This document shows positions 12,291-24,027 of a stretch of DNA of 64,000 bases, one piece after another. The stretch lies in the NCBI GenBank assembly GCA_028534125.1, contig CM052847.1:22754001-22818000 (forward strand). The letters run 5' to 3'. Numbering within the stretch: the stretch's first letter is position 1; each line of letters starts with the position of its first letter. The notes beneath the pieces are model-generated. The model saw only the letters and a program-made list of their open reading frames with translations, did no database searches and was not told the origin of the DNA. Position numbers and translations under genes: made by a program. This DNA comes from Lama glama (lineage: Eukaryota).

Positions 12291-15200
12291 CAATCTGCCA
12301 CAGGAAAAAAAAAACGTACAACTTAAAGTTTCATGGAAATAAATTAAAAAAATTGGCATTACTTCCTGTGAGATTTTACATGTATGAAGAATAATACCAA
12401 CTAATAATGGTTAAATACGAGAGTCCACTGAGATGGTAAGTGTAAAGGACTCAGGAAACAGTCTTCGCTGTTACTGCCATTATTAAAATTACCCTCAGAA
12501 ACTAAGAACTGTATGAAAACAATGAACTTTCTGCAACTTTTCTGAGAGAAGTTGCATCTTTCTTCTGAAACATTGATCGCACAAACGCTTCTTCCTTTCA
12601 GGTGCGAGAGGCACATGTTAAAAGCAGTGCACGTGAGAAAAATACTGAAAACAAAAGACAGGACTATTGCTTTCCCAGAAAACAATTTTTTCAGACAGTT
12701 TAGCTTACTGGAGAAAGAATATCTTCTAGAAATATTTCTCCTATTGTTTTCCCCTGAAGAATCTAAATTATTCTTCACTGACTGGGTGATAAAAGGCGTC
12801 CAGGGATCAGAAGTTGCGAACTGCCCAGTGGCAAATGGGACTGGACAGCTGGCATCTGGTCTACCTGACAGCTATACTTAGGAACACGATTCAGGTGATA
12901 CCATCAAGTGAGCTGAAAAACCGGCCCACCATCGAGCTAAGAAGAAAGTACAACCGCAGAATATTCCTGCAGTTCGCAAGCGATTCAGCCCCTTAGGTGT
13001 GGCGGTGACTGGTGGGCAGTGTTTGCACATGAGTTTGCACTGCTGGGTTTTCCACAGCCTCAGCGAAAGCACAGAAAGTTGTGTGAGACCCACCTGACCC
13101 TCATAGCTCGTGTTTTCCTAAAGACCCCGTTTCCTGATTTGACATGGAGTCCCATTCCTGGTATCCCGCTGCTTCTCCCATCAGACTCTGGAGACTCCAT
13201 CAGGCAGCATCTTACAGTCAGTATCTGGTCCCTGGTTCGTTTGCCTTGGACTGAGCTCTCGCATGCTCCCGGCTGATCTGTGTTAGAGTGTAGCCATTTC
13301 TGAGGAAACCAGTGCCGAGCAGCCTCTGGGGTGGGCTAGGAATGAATTAGACTGTGGGAAACTAAAAATTAAAACTGAAAGTAAAATCTATAGCTGCCAT
13401 TCATCATCACGACACCAAAATCGTGCTACAATTTGGGGAAATGTTTGTGGCCTGATGGGCTGCAGAAAGCAACCTGTGAAGCCAAGTGCTACATATTTTA
13501 AAGGAACGTAGCATATGCACCAAAAAGAGAAGAAGAAATGGAGGAGGAGTGACGGAAATGCCTCACGCACTGGGGAAGATGATGGAGCGTTAGAGAGACG
13601 AGACAGGGCGTTACATGTAAAGCAGGCAAGATCAACCCATGAGGGTCAGAATGACTGACCGAAGGTCGCCCAGCACACAAGGGGCCTGGGCCAGCTTGGA
13701 CCTCAGTCCGTCGTGTTTATTTGGCTTCATGTGGTTCATCGTGACTGCAAACCCTAATGCCCATCGGTGGTGTAACTGCGTGGTGAGACCAGAGGAATCC
13801 AGGAGTGGATGATGGCCTCCGTCCATTTAAAAAAAGGTGGAGATGCTCTCTGCCCGGGATCCAGAGCGGACATTCCTCTGGGGCTCCAGAGAGCAGCTCC
13901 GGCTCGAACCCGTCTGCCCACCCAGAGAGCAGGGGAGAGTGAGCCAGGGGCGCTGGCACGGGGCTCGGTCCTCCCGCATGGACTGGAGTCCCGTGGGCTG
14001 TTCCACGTACAGGACGTTAGAGCTCAGGTCAAGAATCTCACATTAAAAATAAAGGAAAATAGGAGTTTTGTTCAAAATAACGAAACAGGGTTATTTTGGC
14101 TCTTACTTCCTCAAACTATAACAGGCGTCTTGTCTTTGGCTCGTTTTAACCTTTCTCTGTTTCCCTGCGCCTTCCCTGTGAATTTTTACCTCCCAGTCTT
14201 TGTTCCCGCCGCTGCCCCATCCCCAGGTTCTTGCTTGTCCACAGGACGCATGTCAGTGTCCCAAACCTCTCACGTCCCCCCGGGCTTGTATCAGAATCAC
14301 GTCCCCACCGTGAGGTCTTTCCCAGCCCTCAGGTGAGCTCCGAGTTCCCGTCTTCACCTGTTTCTCGCTGCTAATAATTCTCCACTTTGCTCAGGGGAGT
14401 CACCTCCTCTTCAAGTTCACATTTCTTAACAGCAGGACTATTTCATATACATCCACTAAAGTGACCGAAGAAGACAATTCAGGTGATGCAGACAGACTTT
14501 ATTGAACATCTCCAGACACGGACAGTCTGCTCTCGGAGAACCGGGCGGTAGGGCAGAAGGGGGGAGCTTATGGGATAAGGAGAAGGACCAGGAGGGGAAA
14601 CACTGATGGCGTGTGATCGCTGGGCCACGCGGCACACCTCATCGGGGTGGGAAGGCCCGGGGCTGGTCTGGCCTGAGGGGGTGGGCTGGCTGTCCTCGTT
14701 GCTGGTCGCGTGGAGAATTCGCAGGGGCAGGAAGGTAATTGAAGTTTCTGTCTGCTGATGGGCACCCCGGGTGGAGGCAGCTCATTGTGGGCCTGGAAAT
14801 GGATTCCAGCACGTCCTTTAGGTCAGCAGCTTTCAGGTCAGCGCAGTGCTGGGCACACAAACACTGCCCAGAGAGGCTGCTGGGCTCCCATGGCTCATAA
14901 ACCGTCAGATGCAACGTCCCAGCTGGAGGGGGTCTCCTCCTGGGCCGTGCACGCCCTGTGACTGCAGAGGCGTGAGCTGCGACGTACTGATGCCCACTGC
15001 GGAGACAGAGCAACTGTTCCCGTGTGTAAACGAAAACCGTGTATATATGTGTACATTAGAGCTACGTGTACATATACTGGGGCGTGTGTCCGTACGAATG
15101 TGTAGAAAAAATGTTTCCTTATTTACATCTTTTAGAAAAACAATTTACTAAAATTTATTTTCACAAACTTTATACATTGTTTCTGGAGTACTGAAAAAGA

Positions 15201-18200
15201 ATTTCCCCAATGCCTTTCCGCTCTCCAGCGAAAATTCTTCTTAACTCTGAGTTCCTTAACGCAGCTGCTGGCTTGTGATGAGCAAGCGCATTCAGGTGAG
15301 CAGAACGTGTTAGCCCTCACGATTGTATTTATCCAGATACGTAGCTAGTGTCTGTCTCTAATTCTTTATCCAAATAGCATGAACACAGATATGGTGAGAT
15401 TAATAGAAAATGCCAAAGAGTAAGAAATAGAAGGATCCTTGCATAATGTCTTTGGAAGAATATTCACCTTGAAAGAGAGCATAGTCAGTAGTAAATCAAG
15501 ATGCGTCAGAGTTACACGGAGCAGATGAATTTCCATCATAGAAAATAAGACCTTTTTATTTAAATGAAATCACTCGTTTAGAGAAAAAATGTAAAAGTTG
15601 AAATGGCAGTTAAGGTGGCTTCTCCCCAAGGAACATTTAGACACGTCTGTGTGCATTAAAATCTTTCAGTGTTCTGTTCCCTAAAAGCTTTGGAAGGTAG
15701 AAATTTGTAGAAAACAGAAATTAAGTGTTCCTGATGTAAGTGCATTTTTTGTTATTGTGAAGGTGTTTACAACGCCACAAAGAGTTACATGGAGAGTAAC
15801 ACAACTCCAGTCCTGACATTGTCACATATCATTATTCTGAAATATTAAAGGAGCGTTTGAATGAAGAGCCCGGCATAATTGCCTTTTAAACCACCAGCAT
15901 TACCAGCTTTTGAGCATGAGAAATAAATGCGTTCACTAAAAATCAGTATAAAGAGTTTCTTTGAAACAAAAAGTGATCTGGGCTAATTACAAAAGGAGTG
16001 AAAAAAATAATAGCAGCTGTTAGGAAATTATAGGCTTTCCTCGTGATGAGCCTCCATATTGAAAATGCTAGAGAACGAACAGACAGTTGACAGCAGTGAG
16101 TGGTTTCCGAGGGCTGCCCTGTGCATGTAAGGTCATTCATTCCATTCACACGCGCGCGCACACACAGTGAGAACCTTGTAAAAGTGGCTTCTGTTACAAA
16201 ATGAAGTGACATCGCAAAAGGCGGTGGCTAGGGTTTGAACCTAAGCTACGCCCTGGCCTCTCTGGTTGGCAGGTCGTTCTCTCGCCACAGCCAACGTCCG
16301 TTCGGTTAACAAGACAAACTCCGTCCCAGGCCTGGCGGTGTTCACTGGCAGCATGTCCCAACCACAGAGGCTTTATAATAAAGACGTCCTGTGAAATGGG
16401 TTTCATTTAAAATACTGTTATGCATTTTGCTGAATTTCCTGTTGTGCACGATACGGTCGCGGACCTTCCCTGTGGTCCGTCCCCATCCCACGTTGGTGAC
16501 TGGCGGTGTCGGCGGGAGGCGAGAGCGCCCTGAGTGACAGGTGGGCACGCGATGTCAGCCCGTGGGGCTGGGCGGGGTGCGCTCCGGCCGTGAGGGGACA
16601 GGGACCGCGTGCCGGCCGGGGTCAGGGCTCAGAGTGGCCCCGGAAGCCCCCGGCCCTGGTCCTCATGCCAGCAGGGATCACACGGTCTCTGCTGGTTTTC
16701 TCTCCTGGAAATACCCTGGGAGGATCAAAGCCTCAGAAGGTTCCCACAAGTCAGTTTTACCCGAAGGCAGCGGCTCACGCAGGCCTCACACGGTGAGGAC
16801 GCCACTCCTCCCGGGCCACGCGCCAGGCAGCACGTCCCCGAGGGCTTCTGGCCGGCTGCTGCTGCCACCCCGCTGGCACGGTCCTCTTGCTGGAGGCGTC
16901 CCAGATCCTGGCCCAGGATGGCCACAAGCCCACCTTTGTGCTCCCGGGGCTCCCAGGTGGGCTGCAGGAGCCCTCATGTTGGTCCTTAGCTTCCTGGGGC
17001 CTGACATGACCCCTGTCAACCGGGGGCCTGAGCAGGCAGCGCCGTGTCGCCTCACCTTGGAGTCACCCGCAGGGGCTGGACGTGGGCGTGGGGCAAGCTG
17101 TCCATGAACATTTGCCGAATATATTCATTCAAAGGGATAAAAACAGCGTTAAGTAAAACATTTCCTAATTGCATTTAAATGAGAATTCCTGATACCCCCT
17201 CTGTTAACATTACCTGTTTGTGTCTCTTAAATCTTCTCTCATCATCAACTTATTCTCAGTCTAACAGCTTGATCCAAGCATCCTCTTAGTAATAGGACTG
17301 TCTTCCTTCTGATTAAAAAAAAACTCAGTATCTAAATGTTAAAATAGCCACGCTGTTCTTTCGTATCTGTCCAGCGTGCATCGGCTCATCCAGTAATGAA
17401 ATAACAACGGAGTAACAGTCATGCTGCAGTGTGAGGCAGACTGAGGCTTCTGTCCGAGCAGAAATGTTACTCATTTTCTAAATTTGCTTTAGTCTTGTAT
17501 TTATAGAATAACTAACGTTCTCAAGGAATCGTTTCAGCTTTTCAGACATTGTGCACACATGCCCACACCCCATCCTTTGGCTTCTCCCTGAGCTGGGATC
17601 AGACTCTCTTCTTCTTCCGGGATTTCCCCATCGGCGTCGGGGGCAGCGGCACTAACGCCACTCACGGTCCTCAGAGGAAAGACGTCGAGGTGGAGGGCCG
17701 GGCACCGTTGGACTAGGACCGCAGTCCTTGTGAATGTGGTCGAAGCGCTTGGTGTCCGCGTCTGTAGGACGGGAGTGATGACTTTCTGCGCGGGGTGGTC
17801 GCGACCTGGGTGCGGCCGCTTACCCGTGCGTTTCACCCGTTTCCCTGGCTGCGCTCTGAGATGCCCTTCCCTCCCCTTCCCCTCAGATCACCTAAAACTC
17901 CACCACACATATGGCCTCCAATCGGGCTCATTAAGCAGTAGGAATAGGACGTTTTAAAGTCCTGCATTACCCTGTATGCAAAACATACAAATTAAGATGC
18001 ATCAGTCTTAATTTGACTCAAATCTGCCACAGTCCCGAGCACGCGGTGGTCGTGGCGACCTTGTGTCTCTTGCCCGAGGCTCAGCTTCCTCTTGCACAAC
18101 GTCTTTCTTTACCCTCTCGTGTTACTCCCTCTATGATTGTGATCGTTGCCTTTCTTGATGCTTACATCAGAGGCGAGATGCAAACCTGAATTCTTTCTGG

Positions 18201-18994
18201 ACCAGATGGAAAATAAAAGACTCGGTTTTCAAACTTGGGCTGAGGTGGCAGCAAAGGGCTTTTCCTGTTCTGTCTTTGCCTTCCCTTTCACACGTGTATA
18301 CCAGCCAGGTTCATCTCCACCCAGGACCACCTCTGGGACTCGTTCGAGAACTTTCCTGGGGGCCTCTGCTCTGCTAGGTTCTGGGGTGTGACAGCGAGCC
18401 TGCGACCCGTCCTTGCCCTCGGGGCTCCATGCCCAGCCCAGCCTTCCCTGCCCCAGAACGACGGCTCAAGAGGCACGGCCACCAGCAAGTCAGACACAGC
18501 AGAAGACGGGACCCCTGGGAACCTCCCATTCTTTTCTGAGTGAATATGTCTTAAACTGTCCCACGAGCCAGACAGCGCAGTCTGCTGTCAGACAGAGGCG
18601 GTGGATAGCAACCCCGGCCTTGTGAGATCGGCAACTCTGGGACCTAGGCCTTTGCATTTGGGAAAGTAAGTGAGCATGCTAGACCAAGACGCACTCAGGA
18701 AAAAAGCCCTTAGCAAAAGTGCAAATGTAAAGACCACAGTAATTAAGTAAAACATCATGAAAAAGAAAACTCAGTGTTTTGTAAAAATTTGGAGAGTTAA
18801 GGGGCACATGCTTTGTTCTTACCTCTGTTGACTTTTGCTCTAAATACCTGGAGAGGCCGACTGTCCCCGTTAGCCGACATCTGCCAGTGACAAAGACCTG
18901 CAATTAAAATCAATCTTTACGCTCTCAAGCAATTTCTGAATATGTCCTAATGTACATAAGCCAACCGAACAGTTAAGTCTCTATCATCCAGAGA

Positions 18995-19220
18995 TCTCAT
19001 TCATTCATTCAGTTAATGGGCGGGCACCTCCCACGAGGTGTCCAGCATTACTCTGGGGACACGTGGTAACAAAGCAACATAGTTGTGGAATTTACAGGAT
19101 TTAGAGAAAGGAACCTGAATAAAATAACCCTATCAGTACAGCACCGTGTGTACGATTCAGAGTGTTACGAGCTGTGATGAGTGCTGTTTGGGAAAGTGGC
19201 AGGAGCTCTGGGGGCTGGCA
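18995..19220 (-). mobile_element. L2 LINE 3' remnant
   Basis: tcattcattcattcag...gggcacctccc...ctctggggacacgtggtaacaaagca, typical of an L2 3' end. Confidence 0.55.
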
Positions 19221-19264
19221 GCGGCCCCTGACTGCATCAGTGGTGGAACGGGGCGGGGGCCGGA

Positions 19265-20650
19265 ATTCTTGTTTCGTGGAGGATTTTTCATTGTAAATGC
19301 ATTGCCTTGAATGGCTGTAAGACTACAGGTTTGCAGCTCTCCTGTCTTGGTTGAGTTTCCATGGTTTGTATTTTTCTGGAACCCCTTTCTTTTAAGCTGT
19401 TGAGTTTGTGGACATAAAGTTGTTCATAATATTCCCTTGTAATTTTTGTGGTGACTGCATGAGCTGCACTGATGCCCCTGGTTTCATTCCCGAGGCTGGT
19501 GACTCATGTTTTCTGTCTTTTTGATTTTGCAAAATGTTTGTCAGTTTTACGGATCTTTTGAAGCTCTTTTGATGAATTATCTCTCTTTTCCTCTTTTTAA
19601 TCACATTGATTTCTTCTCTTTATTATTTCATTTCTTCTGGCGGCTTTGGGTTTTTTCTTCTTTTTCTGGTTTCTTACAGTAGGAAGTTGCTTGCTGGTTT
19701 GAGACCTTCCTTCCTTAGGGTCTAATGTGAGCATTTAAGGCTATCAGTGTCCCTCTTGGCACAGCCCTAGCTGCACCCTGCGTGTTTGGGGATGTTGCAC
19801 TTTCGTTCCTGTTCAGTGCAGTGTCGTTTTCTTCCTTTGATGCTCCATCCTTGATGCACTGATTATTTAGAAGTGTGTTGATTAATTTCCAAGTGTTTGG
19901 AGATTTTATTATATTTTTAAGTTGCTGATTTCTAGTTCAAGTCCATCATGTTCAGAGAACACACTCTGTAGGATTTCAGGGTTTTGGAATCTGCTGAGAT
20001 TTGTTTTATGGCCCAGGCTATGGTCTGTCTTGGTGACTGCACCACGAGCACTTGAACAATGTGTGTGTTGCGTGGTGTCGGCTGAAATGTTCTCTGAATG
20101 TCAAGCCGCTCCCGTTGGTGGGCAGCGTGGTTCAGTTCTGCACTTGCTGACTTTCGTCTGGTCGTGCTGTCAGCTGCCGAGAGTGAGGTGCCCAAGTCCC
20201 CAAGTGTAACGCTGCATTTGCTTCTCTCACTTCAAGTCCATCAGGTTTTGGTTTCTGTTCTGGTGCTCTGCTATTTGACGAGTCCACATTTAGGCTGGTT
20301 ATGCGCTCCCAGTGGGCTGATCCCGTTTCTGTTATGCAGTTCCCTCTTTGTCTCTCGTAGTCTTCTTTGCTGTGGGATCCACTTCATCTGATCTTCATGT
20401 AGCCACTCCTGGTTTTTATCACGGCCCCGTGGCACGTCTTTTCCCATCCTTTTACCTTCAACCTTCTGTGTCAGTGGCTGTAACTGGAGTGAATTCATGT
20501 AAACAGCACACTGTTGGTCAGGGCTTTATTTTTTGTTGTTTTAACCCACTTTGCAAATCTCTGCTTAAGTGACGTTTCAGGTGATTTAACTGAAGGTAGT
20601 TATTGATATGTTGGGGCTTAAGTCCGCCCCTCTATTACAATTCCATTTTG
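19265..20650 (-). mobile_element. Decayed LINE-1 (L1M-type), ORF2 endonuclease region
   Basis: The minus-strand ORFs 20271..20498 and 19392..19604 are frameshifted relics of L1 EN and linker sequence. L1-antisense text such as gattatttagaagtgtgttg and ctgagatttgttttatggcccag. Confidence 0.85.
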
Positions 20651-20974
20651 ATGGGCCTGGGCTACGCATCTGTAAAGAAGGGAGCAGGACAGGGCAGGCG
20701 AACAGCTGTAGCTCAGTGCGGTGCCATGCGGCCACAGCCGCCTGCCGACAACAGCAAAGCAGCAAAACCAAACCCTGCCCGCACACAGACACAACCGAGT
20801 CTGCCAGCTGCGGCACTGGCGTCCTTGGCAAACATCAGACGTCTGATCAGAGCTCCTGAACTCTGCGCACGAGAGGGAACGTCCTTCCTAGACCAAAATT
20901 CAAACAAGAATATCGAGCACTCTTCATGCTGGAGGAGGCAGGGCAGAGTAGAAGAAGAATGGATGCGAGCCACC

Positions 20975-21125
20975 TGGGCTTCCCCCCAGCTCAGTCACTT
21001 ACTAGCTGGTGATGCTCAGCAAATGAGTCTGGGTTTCAGTTTCCTCATCTGTAAAATGGGCATAGCACCACCTGCCTCCCAGGGTCGCCGAGAGGGTCGA
21101 GACTCGTGCACTTACTCAGTTACTG
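20975..21125 (+). mobile_element. MIR SINE
   Basis: cagctcagtcacttactagctg...tcagtttcctcatctgtaaaatggg MIR core. Confidence 0.85.
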
Positions 21126-22669
21126 GTGACTCTTGGGGTGTGTGTGGACGTCCCCGGTACGCACGGGCAGTGGGGGCCTGAGAGGCTGACCACAGGGGCT
21201 GGAGGAGCAGAGGTGGGAGTGGCCGTGAGAGGCCTGTCATTACCATGCAGGGTCGAGGTCAGAGGTGCTGGGGACTGGTCAGGGCGCCGGCTCTTCTTTG
21301 CCACCTTAGTTCACTGGCACCTCTGTATTGTGGCCACCACAGAACTGCCTGTTTAAGACTCTGCTCCTAGTCTGTTGGGAGAATGAGGCCATTAAAGGGA
21401 CAGATGGTCGCAGTGTGGGCAGACGTGTTGACCAGAACAGCCTGTCCGCACCCCAGCCTCGAGGCGTCTCTGGCCAGACCTCCAGTTCCCTTCTCTTCAG
21501 CTCCCACCCTTGAGCTGGTGTCCCTGCTCCGCCGGGCTCAGACCTCGGCCCCGGTGCCACATGTCCCCACGGAGTTAAGTACAATAAACTCAGCCCCTCT
21601 CCTTGGGGTGCAGGTTGGGGCGGTGCTCCTCTCCCTCCACCCCTCCAGCAGGCTTTCAGGGAGCTGGAGGGGAGCAAGACGAGACCGGAGGACTTGCAGG
21701 GCTGGGGGACAGGAGGGTCATCCAGCCTCACCTCACCTACAGGAGCGGGCTGCGCCGGCCAAGCTTGTCAGGCCCCGCCGCGCGGGCAGGCGGGTCTCCC
21801 GCTCGCGGCAGTGGCGGTGGCGGCGGAGAAATGAAGGCGGACGGGGAAGGGCTGGGAAAGGCGGAGGCTGAGAAGCGCAGCAGGTTTTCCCGTCTGTCGC
21901 TGTCCTGTGCGATGCCCGACTCGCTCACGGACAACGGCTGGTCCGTCTCGCAGGCTGCGCAGCCCTCCCGAGCCGCCCGCCCTGTGGACCTGCCTGCCCG
22001 GCGCCTGGCGTCCTGCCGCTGCCCGGGAGCCCAGGACGCTTCCCTGCGCTAAGCCGCGGGCTCCCGGACACGGCAGGGCTTGACTGCCCTTCTTGTGTTA
22101 GTTCTGTTTGTCACGTCAGGTCAGATGTAAAACATACGCACGACCTTCTCACCAGAGCAGCGCAGCTCACAGGGCCTGCGGCCGGGGGGAGGCAACTAGC
22201 CCCTGAGACTGGTTTCTGCATTTCCAAGCAACGCTGCCCGCCCCTCGCTGGGCGTCCTCGGACCTCCTTCTCTGCCGACTGACCTGCCCCTGGAAGGCTG
22301 GGATTTTGGCGGGAGTCAGCGTTTGCTAGTCTCTTCCAGCATGTGACCTCCACAAGGTCTTCACGGAGATTAAAACATACCCAACTCGACCATGGAATTC
22401 AGGCCGACAGATGGAGATGCGGGAGAGAGGCGGGAGTTGAAGGGTCACCAAGCCACGGGCAAAGCTGGCTCTCAGTGGGCAGCAGCCTGAGGACCTTTGA
22501 TTTGTTTCTGCAAATCAAATGGCTCTAGCAAAGGAAGGCTCTCCTTGTCAGAGACCCCGGTGGTTCCCCGCAGGGACCTGCTGAGCGAGCCAGAGGACAG
22601 TCTGCAGAGGAGACTGAACGTTGAACGCAGCGCGCTGTGGATCAGCACGCTTCAGGCCTTGCTCGAAGA

Positions 22670-22860
22670 TGCTCAAGTTAATCCAACCGAAGTAACGTTT
22701 GTCGAGTATCTGTTGTGCTCCCGGACAAAGCGTAGTCTCTGTGCTCTGGGAAGATTCAAACTTACTCGGGGAGACAGAAATTTAAACAAATGAATGCCGT
22801 TTAGCATAACACGTCCTGAAAAGCAGGTGGCGAGTGAGGTGCAGTGGAGACGGGGGAGAG
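22670..22860 (-). mobile_element. L2 remnant
   Basis: tttgtcgagtatctgttgtgctcc...ctctgggaagattcaaacttactcggggagacaga L2-like text. Confidence 0.45.
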
Positions 22861-23091
22861 GAAGCTGTGACCGGTTCACAGTGTCATGAAACCAAATGAA
22901 GCAACACAATGAAATCTCAATTCTTGTTTCTGCAAATCAAGACAAATTATGGAACAATGCTGTGTCTCCTTTGACCAGAAAGGCTTCATGTGTCAAGGAG
23001 CAAGACAGAGGTTCCATTCTCCTTGAACTCTGACCACCACGTTCTATTATTTTCCCAGTCAATAATAAGGTGTCAGGGGTTACTGCACACG

Positions 23092-23131
23092 AGTGCGCGC
23101 GCACACACACACACACACACACGCGCACACA
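23092..23131. repeat. (GC)n(CA)n alternating purine-pyrimidine tract
   Basis: gtgcgcgcgcacacacacacacacacacacgcgcacaca. Confidence 0.9.
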
Positions 23132-23940
23132 CCACAGGACAGGGGGAGAAATAGGTTCATCCCCTTGTTACAGTGATTAGCTTTCTTCGTGCAGCTGCTA
23201 AATGCCTTTGGAGAGGTTAGGTTGAAATTTCAGCCTAAAAAATATCACAGTCAGTGTTACTTAGAACAGCTGGTGGTTTCCGCCACTCACTCCCGGGCGG
23301 CCACAGTTCCAATTTGTGGCTAGCCCTGTCGTCAAACATCTCGGGGCAACCAGACTGCGACAGGATGACAGATCGCCCTCTCGCTGGATACTGACAAACA
23401 AATTAGTGCAAAGATGCTTTCCGTAGCAGACCAGATGTGTTGAGCTCTGTCGTATGGAACCAGCAATGAGAAGCTGTCCGTGCCCCATCTGTGCCTTTTA
23501 TTTTTTATTTATCTCTCTCTCACTCTCTCTTTCTTCAACCTCCTGGTGCGCCGTTACGAGGTACAAAGCGCTGAGTTGGCATGCACACGGATGAGCACAT
23601 TGGGAAGCAGGCCTCATTGCCGCATCTGAAACTCGCCCAGGAGATGTTCCAGGAAGATGAGACCAACCAGTGATGGAGCCTCCGGGGCAGATGAAAGTCA
23701 TTGGTAAACGCCCCGCTGGGACACGAAGCTTCATCACAAGTTTGCAGACTCCAGGAAGAGGCCGCAGAGAGCTCGGCCTCTCATGAGATTTGGAACCACG
23801 GCTCTAACTACAGGATGCGCAGTGTGTCCCTTTGTCCCCAGACCGGCAGATAGAGCGTCCACCAGGCTAGTGGGGAGTGAGGTGAGGAGCCCTGGGCTCC
23901 TCTTGTCCCCAAGTCACATGAACATTTTTAATATTCTTCA

Positions 23941-24027
23941 GGGTGGGGGGCATAGCTTGGTGGTAGCGCGTGTGCTCAGCGTGCAGCCCCCAGTGCCCCT
24001 GTTAAAGGGGGAAAAATTGCAAAGTAA
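23941..24027 (+). mobile_element. Camelid tRNA-derived SINE (Vic-1-like), internally deleted across the B box
   Basis: GGGGGCATAGCTTGGTGGTAGCGCGTGTGCTCAGCGTGCA head, flanked by the TSD ATTTTTAAT(A/G)TTCT at 23924-23937 and 24028-24041. Confidence 0.75.

Noticed and set aside
23941-24000. tRNA gene
   Set aside because: Has a tRNA-like 5' half only, with no T-arm or B box, and is flanked by a TSD. It is a SINE.
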